A DNA stretch of 64,000 nt from a virus (IMGVR_UViG_3300009161_006153:1-64000), one strand, 5' to 3'; counted from the stretch's first letter, positions 10,608-20,232 are shown. A program made the numbers and translations. Notes: generated by a model from the letters alone, not told the origin.

Positions 10608-11392
10608 TGAATATAGTAATAGGTAACACCTCACAGCAATCGAATTATTATCCGGATGACTATATTAGGATATCTTCCAGAAATATTGACTTTGATTATA
10701 TCTCTAGTGAAAGATTCGAATCCGCTTTTTTAACTTTTGCAGAGCAAAGGATATACGAAGAAAATATAGATTACATAGGTCCTAATTTTAGATACACTCT
10801 GGAGGTAATAGAGAAGCTTCTTGATAAAACTGACAAGGTAGTTATCTTTACTAGCTGTGAGCTTTGGTCAAATACCTCGGGGGTTATAACAAATCACACC
10901 AACCCTGATTTTAATATCTCCAATCAATATGCTCTATCTAAATTATTGCTTTTTAATGAAATTAAAAGATTGAGAAATTTAGACAGCAGGTATAATAAGG
11001 TTGTTATTGTTCATCCGTTTTATTTTAATTCTGTATACAGGAGTAAGTACTTTTTATTCGGAAAAATATTTGACTCCATAGTGAATAAGAAAAAAATCGA
11101 GGTAGGAAATCTCAATTTCTACAGAGATATGGTGCACACTAAATTTCTCGTAAAAAAATCCATAGAACTCGATAAAGATTCAATGCTTGGATCTGGTAAA
11201 CTTTTTAATGTTAGAGATTTTGTTATAGATCTATATGATAGTTTTGGAATGAACTATGCTGAGTATGTAAAAGAAAATCCTAATTTAATACCCAACGATA
11301 AATTAATTAGAGCTGATGTTAACTGGGATTATTCTTACCAAAATTTATTGGAAGATACTATAGAAGATTTAAAAAATAAGATAAATGGTTAA
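10607..11392 (+). CDS. Divergent NAD-dependent epimerase/reductase (SDR)
   Basis: YALSK (YxxxK), TS catalytic region and RDMVH; the Rossmann motif is degenerate. Confidence 0.6.
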   Translation: MNIVIGNTSQQSNYYPDDYIRISSRNIDFDYISSERFESAFLTFAEQRIYEENIDYIGPNFRYTLEVIEKLLDKTDKVVIFTSCELWSNTSGVITNHTNPDFNISNQYALSKLLLFNEIKRLRNLDSRYNKVVIVHPFYFNSVYRSKYFLFGKIFDSIVNKKKIEVGNLNFYRDMVHTKFLVKKSIELDKDSMLGSGKLFNVRDFVIDLYDSFGMNYAEYVKENPNLIPNDKLIRADVNWDYSYQNLLEDTIEDLKNKING

Positions 11393-12131
11393 AGATATAG
11401 TTAAATGGATCAGTGATTATTCAAAGAATAATAATTTAAGACCTCTCGTGGTAGGTATTTCTGGAGGTATAGACTCAGCGTTAGTCTCAACATTATGTGC
11501 TATGACTGGGATCGATACTTTAGTTGTGTCTTTACCTATATACCAAAAGGACGATCAATTATTAAGAGCAAGAAATCACGCTAGATGGCTTTCCAAAAAA
11601 TATGATAATGTTGAATTTATAGAAAAGGATTTATCTGGATTATTTGAAAATTTTAAATTTATATTTTCAGAAAACGAGATGAATGAATTATCTCTAGCCA
11701 ATTCAAGATCCAGATTAAGAATGATTACCTTATATCAGATGGCAGGATCTAAAGGGGGAATGGTTATCGGAACGGGCAATAAGATAGAGGATTTCGGGGT
11801 AGGGTTTTTTACTAAATACGGGGATGGGGGAGTAGATATTTCACCTATAGGTGATTTAACTAAAACACAGGTTAGAAACCTGTCGTCGGAATTGGGTATA
11901 ATAGAGGAAATAATATTAGCAGATCCCACTGATGGGCTGTGGGAGGAAGATAGAACCGACGAGCAACAGTTAGGAGCTACATACGAAGAACTTGAATGGG
12001 CTATGGAATTTTCAGGGAATCCTATAAATCTTAATAAAAGGCAGAGGGATGTTTATGAAATATATAGTAAATTCAATAGAATTAACAAGCATAAAATGAT
12101 CGGGATACCTGTATTTAAAATTATACAATAA
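11385..12131 (+). CDS. nadE: NH3-dependent NAD+ synthetase
   Basis: SGGIDS PP-loop, NSRSRLRM, GTGNK.E, FFTKYGDGG.DI.PI.DL.K, PTDGL, TDE..LG, HK. Confidence 0.92.
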   Translation: MVKDIVKWISDYSKNNNLRPLVVGISGGIDSALVSTLCAMTGIDTLVVSLPIYQKDDQLLRARNHARWLSKKYDNVEFIEKDLSGLFENFKFIFSENEMNELSLANSRSRLRMITLYQMAGSKGGMVIGTGNKIEDFGVGFFTKYGDGGVDISPIGDLTKTQVRNLSSELGIIEEIILADPTDGLWEEDRTDEQQLGATYEELEWAMEFSGNPINLNKRQRDVYEIYSKFNRINKHKMIGIPVFKIIQ

Positions 12132-12132
12132 C

Positions 12133-12945
12133 ATGAAAATAGGGATAATCACAATAGCTACTGGGAGATACAATCAATACGTTCCCGAATTATTAGAATC
12201 TTGCGAATCTTTCTTCCTCCCTGACCACAAAAAAACTTACTTCGTATTTACAGATGGAGACATCGAGTCAAGATCTAATGTAGTAAAAATACATCAGGAT
12301 AAATTAGGATGGCCGTTTGATTCAATGCTAAGATTTCACATGTTTTTAGAAATAAAAGAGGAGCTTTTAAAAATGGACTATATCTTCTTTATGAACGCAA
12401 ATAATCAGGTAGTCAGCACAGTGGATGATTCTATACTTCCTGTAGATTCAGAGTGCGGAATTGTAGCAACAATACATCCGGGCTTTTTCAATAGAGATAA
12501 AATTTCATATTCCTATGAGAGAAGACCGGAATCTTCCCTGTGTGTTAATTTCGGGTCAGAAAATAATTATTATCAGGGATGTTTTAATGGGGGAAGATCT
12601 AAATCTTTTATAGAAATGTCAGAGTTACTAAAATCAAAAATAGATACAGATTTATCAAATAAAATAATACCCATCTGGCATGATGAATCTGCACTAAACT
12701 GGTATCTTGTAGATAAAGATCCATTGGTTTTAAATCCTAACTATGCATATCCAGAACATTTAACCAAAGATCAGATTATAGATAATTTAGCAGAAAGAGG
12801 CATAACTATAGATAATGAGATGAGTTCAGAGATTATTAGTATTACTTCGGATGATCCTCATTCTTTTGTTAGCCAATTTGGTACTGTGAAGATAATGCAA
12901 AGAAACAAAAATAAAGACGGAGGTAAACCCTATTTAAGATCATAG
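12133..12945 (+). CDS. GT6-family alpha-1,3-Gal/GalNAc transferase
   Basis: ATGRY, FTD, WP..SMLRF, MNAN, HPGF, YYQGCFNGG, WHDESALN, KNK. Confidence 0.88.
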   Translation: MKIGIITIATGRYNQYVPELLESCESFFLPDHKKTYFVFTDGDIESRSNVVKIHQDKLGWPFDSMLRFHMFLEIKEELLKMDYIFFMNANNQVVSTVDDSILPVDSECGIVATIHPGFFNRDKISYSYERRPESSLCVNFGSENNYYQGCFNGGRSKSFIEMSELLKSKIDTDLSNKIIPIWHDESALNWYLVDKDPLVLNPNYAYPEHLTKDQIIDNLAERGITIDNEMSSEIISITSDDPHSFVSQFGTVKIMQRNKNKDGGKPYLRS

Positions 12946-12963
12946 TGAATAAAAATAAAAACA

Positions 12964-13800
12964 ATGAAGGATTTAACAAAAACAACATTCATAATTCCAA
13001 TAAAAGTAGAGCATTTCGATAGGTACAGAAATGCTAAGACGGTTCTCAGTTTTCTTAATCACCATTTCAAAACTAATGTATTTATTTACGAATCATCAGA
13101 TTCGGGTATTAAATTAGATTTTCTGGATGAGCTTAAATCCCTTAATATCAAGCATTGGCTGGTTGAACCAGAAGAGATGTTCCACAGAACTAAATATCTC
13201 AACATAATGCTAGATGAAGTAGAAACACCGGTGGTTGTTAATTATGATATTGATGTTATACTAGATCCTGACTTATATCTAGAATGCCAATCTGATATAA
13301 TTAATGGCGACTCAGATGTTGTTTATCCATACCATTACGGATATGATTTTCATGGACAGAAAATGGTTTTGGCAAATATAGACTTAGAAGCCTTCAGGGA
13401 GTCAGGATTTAAAACAGATTATATAACGGAAAGGCCAAATGTTTTTAATAACTTCTATTCTGAATATGGTCATTGTATATTTTTTAACACCGATGTTTAT
13501 AAAAAATACGGAGGGGAGAATGAATCTTTTATCAGTTATGGCCCGGAAGATAAAGAAAGAGGGGAGAGGTTTTTAAAGCTTGATAAAAAGGTTTTTTGGA
13601 AAAAATTCAGATCTGTGTATCACTTTGAACATTTTAGAGGTAATGATAGCTCTCCTGGAAATAATTACTATACAAATAACTGTAAAGTGTACGAGTCAAT
13701 ATCTTCTTTAAATAGAGAGGGGCTTTTGGTGTATTACTCTACCCAAGAGTATTTAAAAAAATATAAAACGATAGGTAATGAAAATATTAATAACGGGTGA
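12964..13800 (+). CDS. GT7/GT2-like galactosyltransferase
   Basis: NYDID (DxD), GGENESFISYGPED (cf. GWGGED), YHFEH. Confidence 0.7.
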   Translation: MKDLTKTTFIIPIKVEHFDRYRNAKTVLSFLNHHFKTNVFIYESSDSGIKLDFLDELKSLNIKHWLVEPEEMFHRTKYLNIMLDEVETPVVVNYDIDVILDPDLYLECQSDIINGDSDVVYPYHYGYDFHGQKMVLANIDLEAFRESGFKTDYITERPNVFNNFYSEYGHCIFFNTDVYKKYGGENESFISYGPEDKERGERFLKLDKKVFWKKFRSVYHFEHFRGNDSSPGNNYYTNNCKVYESISSLNREGLLVYYSTQEYLKKYKTIGNENINNG

Positions 13801-14593
13801 TAAAGGATTTATAGGGGGTAACTTATCCAAAAGATTTATAGATTTAGATGATACTGTATATCAGATTGACATAGATGATTTCTACTCCAACAATGATCAA
13901 TGGACTAATGAGTTAGTATCCACATTAGATGACATTTGTCCCGATGTCATTTTTCATGTAGGAGCGTGTTCAGATACCTTGGAGCAAGACGTTAACCACA
14001 TGATGGAACTAAATTATGAATCAACAAAGATTATAACGGACTGGTCGAAATCTAATTTTAAAAAATTAATATACTCATCCTCCGCAGCTAACTATGGCAG
14101 TGGTAATTATCCGTCAAATTTATATGGATGGAGTAAATATGCGGCTGAGGGTTATGTAATATCTAATGGAGGATTAGCACTAAGATATTTTAATGTTTAT
14201 GGACCGGGTGAATCACATAAAGGTAAAATGAGCTCTGTTGCTTTTCAGGCATATCTAAAAAAACAGAAAGGGGATATCGTTAAACTCTTTCCTGGTGAGC
14301 CTAAAAGAGACTTTGTGTATATCGAGGATGTTATTTCAGCTAACATATTTGCTTTAGAAAATTATGAAGTTTTAAAATACAATTGGTACGACGTTGGATC
14401 TGAATCTGCTAGAACATTTGAGGATGTTTTAGTTAATATGGGGATTTTAAATTGGACTTATTATTCAGAATCAGATATACCTAAAGGATACCAATTTTAC
14501 ACAAAAAGCTCTAAATGGATGCCAGGTTGGAGTCCGAAATATAATATAGAAAAAGGGCTAAAAGAATATATCAAAGTACTAAGCAATGAGTAA
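13778..14593 (+). CDS. hldD: ADP-L-glycero-D-manno-heptose 6-epimerase-like
   Basis: GDKGFIG, FHVGACSDT, SSSAA.YG, NLYGWSK, LRYFNVYGP.E.HKG.MSSV, RDFVY, YQ.YT. Confidence 0.78.
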   Translation: MKILITGDKGFIGGNLSKRFIDLDDTVYQIDIDDFYSNNDQWTNELVSTLDDICPDVIFHVGACSDTLEQDVNHMMELNYESTKIITDWSKSNFKKLIYSSSAANYGSGNYPSNLYGWSKYAAEGYVISNGGLALRYFNVYGPGESHKGKMSSVAFQAYLKKQKGDIVKLFPGEPKRDFVYIEDVISANIFALENYEVLKYNWYDVGSESARTFEDVLVNMGILNWTYYSESDIPKGYQFYTKSSKWMPGWSPKYNIEKGLKEYIKVLSNE

Positions 14594-15497
14594 GATATTA
14601 GTAACAGGGGGAAGCGGATTGGTAGGTAGTCAATTCAAGGGTAGCCAATTTGAAAGGATCTCAACTAAAAACGGGGATTTGAGGGATAGAAAATTTGTAT
14701 CACGATTAATGCAAAATTCTAATTATGAAGGGGTAATTCACTGCGCAGGTAAGGTTGGAGGGGTATTAAGTAATTCTCAAAAACCTGCAGAGTTCTACCA
14801 TGATAACATTATGATCAATACAAATGTTATTGATCAGTCGATGAAAAATGGAATAAAGAAACTTGTGTTTTTTTCTTCTACCTGTGTGTTCCCAGATAAA
14901 GTTGAATATCCACTAAGTCCAGATAAAATACAGCTAGGACCACCACACCCTACTAATTATGCCTATGCATATGCTAAAAGAATGGGACAGGTTCAAATAC
15001 AAGCATATAAACAACAATACGGGGTTGATTATTTCACGGTAATCCCGTGTAACATATACGGACCTGGAGATTTTTATAATCTGAATGACGGCCACGTGAT
15101 TCCGTCTCTGATTCATAAAATGTATCTTGCGCATCAAAATAACAGTGACTTTGAAGTTTGGGGTAGTGGAAATCCTTTGAGGGAATTCATATTCTCTGAG
15201 GATGTTGCTACTATCACAATGAAACTATATGAAGATTATAAAGGGGAGGACCCTGTAATAATATCAACATCAACCGAAATATCCATTAAGGATATAGTTT
15301 ACACCATGTCTAAAATATTTGGATTTAAGGGGAGAATAGTTTTCGATTCAAGTAAGCCTGATGGACAGTTAAGAAAACCAAGTGATAACTCAGTACTTAA
15401 GTCGATGTATCCAGAATATAAGTTCACGGCATTTGAAGAGGGACTTGAAAAGTCTATCGACTGGTTTATTAAAAATTACCCAAAAATTAGGATATAA
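14586..15497 (+). CDS. fcl: GDP-L-fucose synthase
   Basis: GGSGLVG, AGKVGG, SSTCVFP, YAYAK, PCNIYGP, HVIP, WGSG.P.REF, KPDG. Confidence 0.9.
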   Translation: MSKILVTGGSGLVGSQFKGSQFERISTKNGDLRDRKFVSRLMQNSNYEGVIHCAGKVGGVLSNSQKPAEFYHDNIMINTNVIDQSMKNGIKKLVFFSSTCVFPDKVEYPLSPDKIQLGPPHPTNYAYAYAKRMGQVQIQAYKQQYGVDYFTVIPCNIYGPGDFYNLNDGHVIPSLIHKMYLAHQNNSDFEVWGSGNPLREFIFSEDVATITMKLYEDYKGEDPVIISTSTEISIKDIVYTMSKIFGFKGRIVFDSSKPDGQLRKPSDNSVLKSMYPEYKFTAFEEGLEKSIDWFIKNYPKIRI

Positions 15498-16075
15498 TGG
15501 AAAATAATCAAATTTTTAAAAGAGAATATAGCGAAATCTTAGTTCTAGGTGATGGGGTAACAGAGGTTATCAATCCAAAAAATTTTTTATGGTTCTCAGA
15601 TACTATAATAGAAACTGGGACATGTTCGGGAGCAGGAATAGATAGATTTTTAGAAGCTGGATATGGTGACATAAGGAGCGTAGAACTAGACCGGAATTGG
15701 TTTGAAATTTCATCTAACAGATTTAGATCTAATCAAATGGTTAAGATATTGTTTGGAGATTCTAGAGAAAAAATGAAAGATATGCTTCCAGATAAACCTG
15801 CAGTTGTTCTTCTAGATGCACATCCGGCTGGACCTGGAACTGCGGGGCATGAAGATTTCATCAAACATCAGAGTTCTGGTACTTTGGATCAGTGCTCATT
15901 TCTACAAGAAAAAATAATATACGAGGAGATCTCTATTGTATCTAAAAGCGATCATAAGCATTTAATAATAGTGGATGATCAACATTCTACAGATCCTAAT
16001 ATAATTAATCTTTTACCCGGATATCAGTTTGAATTGGTTAATAAAAAATACTTAGTTTGCATCCCTAAAAATTAA
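15497..16075 (+). CDS. Methyltransferase-fold protein
   Basis: IETGT, SVE, GDS, LDAH, IVDD. Confidence 0.6.
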   Translation: MENNQIFKREYSEILVLGDGVTEVINPKNFLWFSDTIIETGTCSGAGIDRFLEAGYGDIRSVELDRNWFEISSNRFRSNQMVKILFGDSREKMKDMLPDKPAVVLLDAHPAGPGTAGHEDFIKHQSSGTLDQCSFLQEKIIYEEISIVSKSDHKHLIIVDDQHSTDPNIINLLPGYQFELVNKKYLVCIPKN

Positions 16076-16079
16076 AAAA

Positions 16080-17063
16080 ATGAATAAAAGAGCTCTTATT
16101 ACTGGGATTAATGGTCAATCTGGAAGTTATTTAGCTGAGTTCCTCCTTAAAAAAGGATATGATGTATACGGAACAATAAAGAGAAACTCGGTTTCTGAAA
16201 ATCAAACATCAAGGCTAGACGAGGTTTATGATCAGATAAAAGGTAATTTAATATACGCAGATCTTTTGGATGTACCATCGCTTATACATGCTTTAAAGAT
16301 ATCAGATCCACACGAGATCTACAATTTAGCAGCTCAGTCGCATGTTAGAATCTCTTTTGATCAGCCGGTTTACACCGCACAATCAACAGGTATAGGTGCC
16401 CTTAATTTAATAGAGGCGGTGAGAATCCATAATCCTGAAATCAAAATATATCAGGCATCATCATCAGAGATGTTTGGAAATTCTATAGACCCTGATGGGT
16501 ATCAAAGGGAGACAACCCCGATGAATCCTGTCTCCCCGTATGGGTGTGCTAAGGTCTTTGCTTATAACATATCTAGGAATTATAGAAATTCATACAATAT
16601 GTTTATTAGTAACGGGATTCTATTTAACCACGAATCTCCGCGTAGGGGCGTTAATTTTGTCACTAACAAAGTAGTAAAGGGAGCGGTAGAGATTAAGATG
16701 GGATTATCGGATAAGCTCGTTTTAGGCAATTTAAAAGCGTCTAGAGACTGGGGACACGCCAGAGACTACGTGAAAGCAATGTGGATGATACTTCAACAGG
16801 AAAATCCAGGCGATTTTGTTTGCTCCACCGGGATAAGCCACACTGTAGGGGATTTAGTTGATTATGTTTTTGATAGATTACAATTAGATCAGAGCAAGCA
16901 CGTAATTACAGATGAAAAATATCTTAGGCCTGAAGAATTGGAGCATTTAAAAGGGGACTCAAGTTATTTAAGAAAAGTTACAGGATGGGAACCAGAGTAC
17001 ACTTTTGAATCTATGTTAGATGAGATGATTGATTATTGGGTCTTGTATTACTCCACTAAGTAG
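16080..17063 (+). CDS. gmd: GDP-mannose 4,6-dehydratase
   Basis: GINGQSGSYL, NLAAQSHV, QASSSEMFG, SPYGCAK, FNHESPRRG, RDWGHA. Confidence 0.95.
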   Translation: MNKRALITGINGQSGSYLAEFLLKKGYDVYGTIKRNSVSENQTSRLDEVYDQIKGNLIYADLLDVPSLIHALKISDPHEIYNLAAQSHVRISFDQPVYTAQSTGIGALNLIEAVRIHNPEIKIYQASSSEMFGNSIDPDGYQRETTPMNPVSPYGCAKVFAYNISRNYRNSYNMFISNGILFNHESPRRGVNFVTNKVVKGAVEIKMGLSDKLVLGNLKASRDWGHARDYVKAMWMILQQENPGDFVCSTGISHTVGDLVDYVFDRLQLDQSKHVITDEKYLRPEELEHLKGDSSYLRKVTGWEPEYTFESMLDEMIDYWVLYYSTK

Positions 17064-17082
17064 AAAGAATTCATACAAAGTT

Positions 17083-17110
17083 AAAAAGTCCATTTATATG
17101 GACTTTTTTT
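17083..17110 (+). terminator. Intrinsic terminator ending the glycan locus
   Basis: AAAAAGTCCAT-ttat-ATGGACTTTTTTT hairpin with T tract. Confidence 0.8.
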
Positions 17111-17113
17111 GTG

Positions 17114-17121
17114 GATATATA
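17114..17121 (+). promoter_or_regulatory. Late-type promoter GATATATA
   Basis: Immediately after the terminator, 18 nt before ATG 17140; motif recurs before structural genes. Confidence 0.65.
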
Positions 17122-17139
17122 CAAGAAAAAGTTTTTACC

Positions 17140-18405
17140 ATGAAAGTTTTAGATTTCAGATCTTATCATAGATTGAACGAGGATTTATCCGCTTCTACTG
17201 GCGCAGTAGACCAAATTTTAAATCTTTTTTTCCAGGCTTACGGAAGTTTAGTTACAAAAATAGGTGACTATCCAGATGCAGTTAAGGATTTAATGGATAT
17301 AGCTAAAGAGAAAGACCCAGCTAAAGCTGGACAGCTTTTCTTGAATACCTTAAATAAGCTTGCCTCTAAGGTTGATGCCAAGTATAAAGAAGCAGCGGAT
17401 CAAATAGTCTTGGCTGGTAAGAAAATGAAAGAGGCATACGATTCTGCACTGCAAACAGAAGAGGGTAAGAAGGATTTAGAAAAAGTGAAAGAGGGGGTAT
17501 ACGATAGAATTATTGGTTATCTCGATTCACTTAAAAAAGTGGCAGCAGAAGCACCTAAGCCAAAAGAAGATTCTGCGGATACCAATGAAAGCTGGGAATA
17601 CGAAGAACAGTCACACCTCTTTCTTTTTGAGAAGAACACCTTCTCTGAATCAAGAGAGGAGATAATAGCTGACATAACACCTCAGTTAACTTTAGCTAAG
17701 GATTTATCTAAAAATCCTGCAACTTCTGGTCTAGGATCTAAATTCAAAAAAATAGCTTCTGATCTGGAGAATCTTCAGAAAGAACTTTCACAAGAAAATG
17801 AGGTTAGCTGGAAGAAAATGAAGCGTAGAGAAAGAAAGGACAGAATAGAAGAAATAAGGGATCTAGTTAAAACAGCAAAAGATGATCTGATAGCAACTTC
17901 ACTTGAAGGTGTAAAGTCTCTAGGAATAGATAAAAACGTTTTGTCAAAAATTAAAGAAGCCTCTGATCTTGTAACGGATTCTGTAAAATTAATAGATGCT
18001 ATAGATAAAGAGGAAGCGGTGAAAAACGAAGAAGAGAAGAAAAAAGAGAAAGAGAAAGAAGAGGCGGATAAGAAAGATAAAGAGGAGGTAGAAGAAACTT
18101 TCACTGAAATTAAAAGTGGAAACTCTGAAAAAGAAAACCTGACTAAAAAAGGTAAAAACAAAGAGGTTATTATGAAAGCTCAGGAAATGATAAATTCACA
18201 TCTTCCGGAGAAAGAAAGAATAAAGGCAGATGGCCTTTATGGTAATAACACAGAGAAAGCCATTAAAAAAGTAGCAGATATGTACAGTAATCTTGCTCCT
18301 GATTTATTAAAGAGCGTAGATGGTAAATCAATGACCCCTGATTTTCAAAAATTCCTTTCGAAGATGGAGAAAAACAAGGATAAGGTAAAAGAGCTTTTTA
18401 AATAA
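17140..18405 (+). CDS. Probable internal head protein with C-terminal peptidoglycan-binding-like domain
   Basis: Start reassigned to ATG 17140, downstream of terminator and promoter. N-terminus MKVLDFRSYHRLNE; C-terminal EVIMKAQEMIN...ADGLYGNNTEKAIKK. Confidence 0.55.
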   Translation: MKVLDFRSYHRLNEDLSASTGAVDQILNLFFQAYGSLVTKIGDYPDAVKDLMDIAKEKDPAKAGQLFLNTLNKLASKVDAKYKEAADQIVLAGKKMKEAYDSALQTEEGKKDLEKVKEGVYDRIIGYLDSLKKVAAEAPKPKEDSADTNESWEYEEQSHLFLFEKNTFSESREEIIADITPQLTLAKDLSKNPATSGLGSKFKKIASDLENLQKELSQENEVSWKKMKRRERKDRIEEIRDLVKTAKDDLIATSLEGVKSLGIDKNVLSKIKEASDLVTDSVKLIDAIDKEEAVKNEEEKKKEKEKEEADKKDKEEVEETFTEIKSGNSEKENLTKKGKNKEVIMKAQEMINSHLPEKERIKADGLYGNNTEKAIKKVADMYSNLAPDLLKSVDGKSMTPDFQKFLSKMEKNKDKVKELFK

Positions 18406-18414
18406 TTATACTTA

Positions 18415-20214
18415 ATGCCTGAGAATATACTTAAATTTAATTCCTTCACAAACGGCACTTCTATGTTTATGCTGGAAGAAAACGGGGATAAAAATCCTCG
18501 GTCGGATGACTCTGCTTTTTCCTCGCAGGGGCATTCTTTATTTTTTACAGAGGTATTAAATTCATTAGATTCTTTGTTCTCTATAGTGTTAAGCGTGGAG
18601 GAAGATGAGGGCAATAAGCAAAAAGAGATACTAAAGTATTCTAATGCTCTAAAGGGTTTGGCCACTAAGGCTGATGGGACTTTAGAGGGGATTAAAGAAG
18701 TGTGGGATACTATCCAAATTTTAGCTTCAAATATGCTTCCCTCCTCGAGGAAAAAAATAGAAGGAAGTGGGCCTATACTTACGTTAAGAAAAGAGGTAGA
18801 TGATTTAAAATCCAAAAAAGATGCTGGAGATATTACGGAGGAGGAATTCAAGGAATTACTTTCAACAGCTAAAAAAGATGCTATCGAAGCGTCAAAGATG
18901 GATCCATCCCTTATAAACTTAAATGATTATGCTCAAGCGAGTAAACTTTTTGATCAATCAATAAGTAAGTTTAAATCTGGAGCTTTTAAGGAGCTAGAGC
19001 GTGTGAAAGAAGCTTCTGAGAAAGATAAAGATTTTTATCTATCACAAATATCAGATTCTATACAAGGAATTTTAAGAAAAGAAAGGTCAGTAGAAACAAC
19101 TAAGGGAAAAGCAGCGAAAAGAAGATCTGAGGAAAAGGAGAAGGCTAGTGCAGAAGATAAAAAAGGATCTGGAGATATTCAAAGCTTAATAAAAAGCAAA
19201 GGCGGGTCTACAGAAAATAATAAACCAGCAGAAACAATCAAGGAAAAAAGATTGGTAGAGGATTTTGGTGGATTTCTTCAATCTGCAGGTGGATTTTTAA
19301 CTGGTGTTAAACAAGGATTAAAAGGCGCGGTAGATAAAACAGTATTCGGTTCTAATCCTAAAGATGAGGTCACTGCTAATACATTAATCTCAGCTGCTGA
19401 GTCGCTTAAGTTTTCAGTTATGGCTATTGCAACTGAAATAGATAATGTTATCGCTTTTGAGAAGAATCTCACGAATGAACTTGGCAGCGGGACATCGCAA
19501 AGGGAGATCTCTGCTAAAGAAGACGCTAAGGCGATGAGTGATTTTTTAAGGGAAGTGTTTAAGTATGTTTTACCAGAGAATATTAAGACAGAAATAAAGT
19601 CACAGCCATTATCGAAGATTAAGAAAAAAATAGACACTTATTCCAAGGATTTACAAATTATGGTTCGTCCAGGGGGTCAGCTCGATCAATTTAAGGATAG
19701 GGTAATGGGCAAGAAAAGGGAGTCTGTTATTGCAACAGGATTTCTAGACGCAGGTCTTAAATTACAAGGGGAAGCAAAGGGAGTTTTGGCAAAGATCACC
19801 GATCGTAAATATTTATTAGACAGAACCAAGGAAAGAGAGCCAGGAAATCTTATAGGTAGCGCGGTAAAAGCTCTAACAGGTAAAAAGGAAGAGGGTCCAA
19901 AAGAAACTCTGATTAAAACAAAGAAACCTAAAGATTATCAAACATTTCCTGATAATCCAACGGCCAAGGATAAAGATAAGATAAAGGAATTCCAGGATAG
20001 ACTTCAAAAGATGAAATATCTTAGTGGGTCTTTTAAAGGTGGAGAGTACGACCAGCAAACTAAAGATGCCTCAAGTAAAGCTATGCCGTACATATCAAGC
20101 ATTACCGGAAAAACATACGGGAATGCTGGAGATGCATTTAAGTCATTTCAACAGGATTTCTCCTTTTATAGCGACAATGAAGATGAGATTAGAAAAAATA
20201 TTGGGGTAAAATAA
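18415..20214 (+). CDS. Probable internal head protein with degenerate PG-binding-like C-terminus
   Basis: N-terminus ILKFNSF...MLEE; C-terminal KIKEFQDRL..MKYL...GGEYDQQTKDA. Confidence 0.45.
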   Translation: MPENILKFNSFTNGTSMFMLEENGDKNPRSDDSAFSSQGHSLFFTEVLNSLDSLFSIVLSVEEDEGNKQKEILKYSNALKGLATKADGTLEGIKEVWDTIQILASNMLPSSRKKIEGSGPILTLRKEVDDLKSKKDAGDITEEEFKELLSTAKKDAIEASKMDPSLINLNDYAQASKLFDQSISKFKSGAFKELERVKEASEKDKDFYLSQISDSIQGILRKERSVETTKGKAAKRRSEEKEKASAEDKKGSGDIQSLIKSKGGSTENNKPAETIKEKRLVEDFGGFLQSAGGFLTGVKQGLKGAVDKTVFGSNPKDEVTANTLISAAESLKFSVMAIATEIDNVIAFEKNLTNELGSGTSQREISAKEDAKAMSDFLREVFKYVLPENIKTEIKSQPLSKIKKKIDTYSKDLQIMVRPGGQLDQFKDRVMGKKRESVIATGFLDAGLKLQGEAKGVLAKITDRKYLLDRTKEREPGNLIGSAVKALTGKKEEGPKETLIKTKKPKDYQTFPDNPTAKDKDKIKEFQDRLQKMKYLSGSFKGGEYDQQTKDASSKAMPYISSITGKTYGNAGDAFKSFQQDFSFYSDNEDEIRKNIGVK

Positions 20215-20232
20215 AAAAATATTGGCATTTCT

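Noticed and set aside
1-17063. Bacterial chromosomal O-antigen locus flanking a prophage
   Set aside because: Same strand, composition, start context and promoter style as the phage genes; no integrase/att site or export genes visible.
17029-17139. ORF-track start of the 458-aa protein; likewise track starts 3090, 20953, 35967 and 51369
   Set aside because: They overlap upstream genes, terminators or promoter motifs; downstream in-frame starts fit better.
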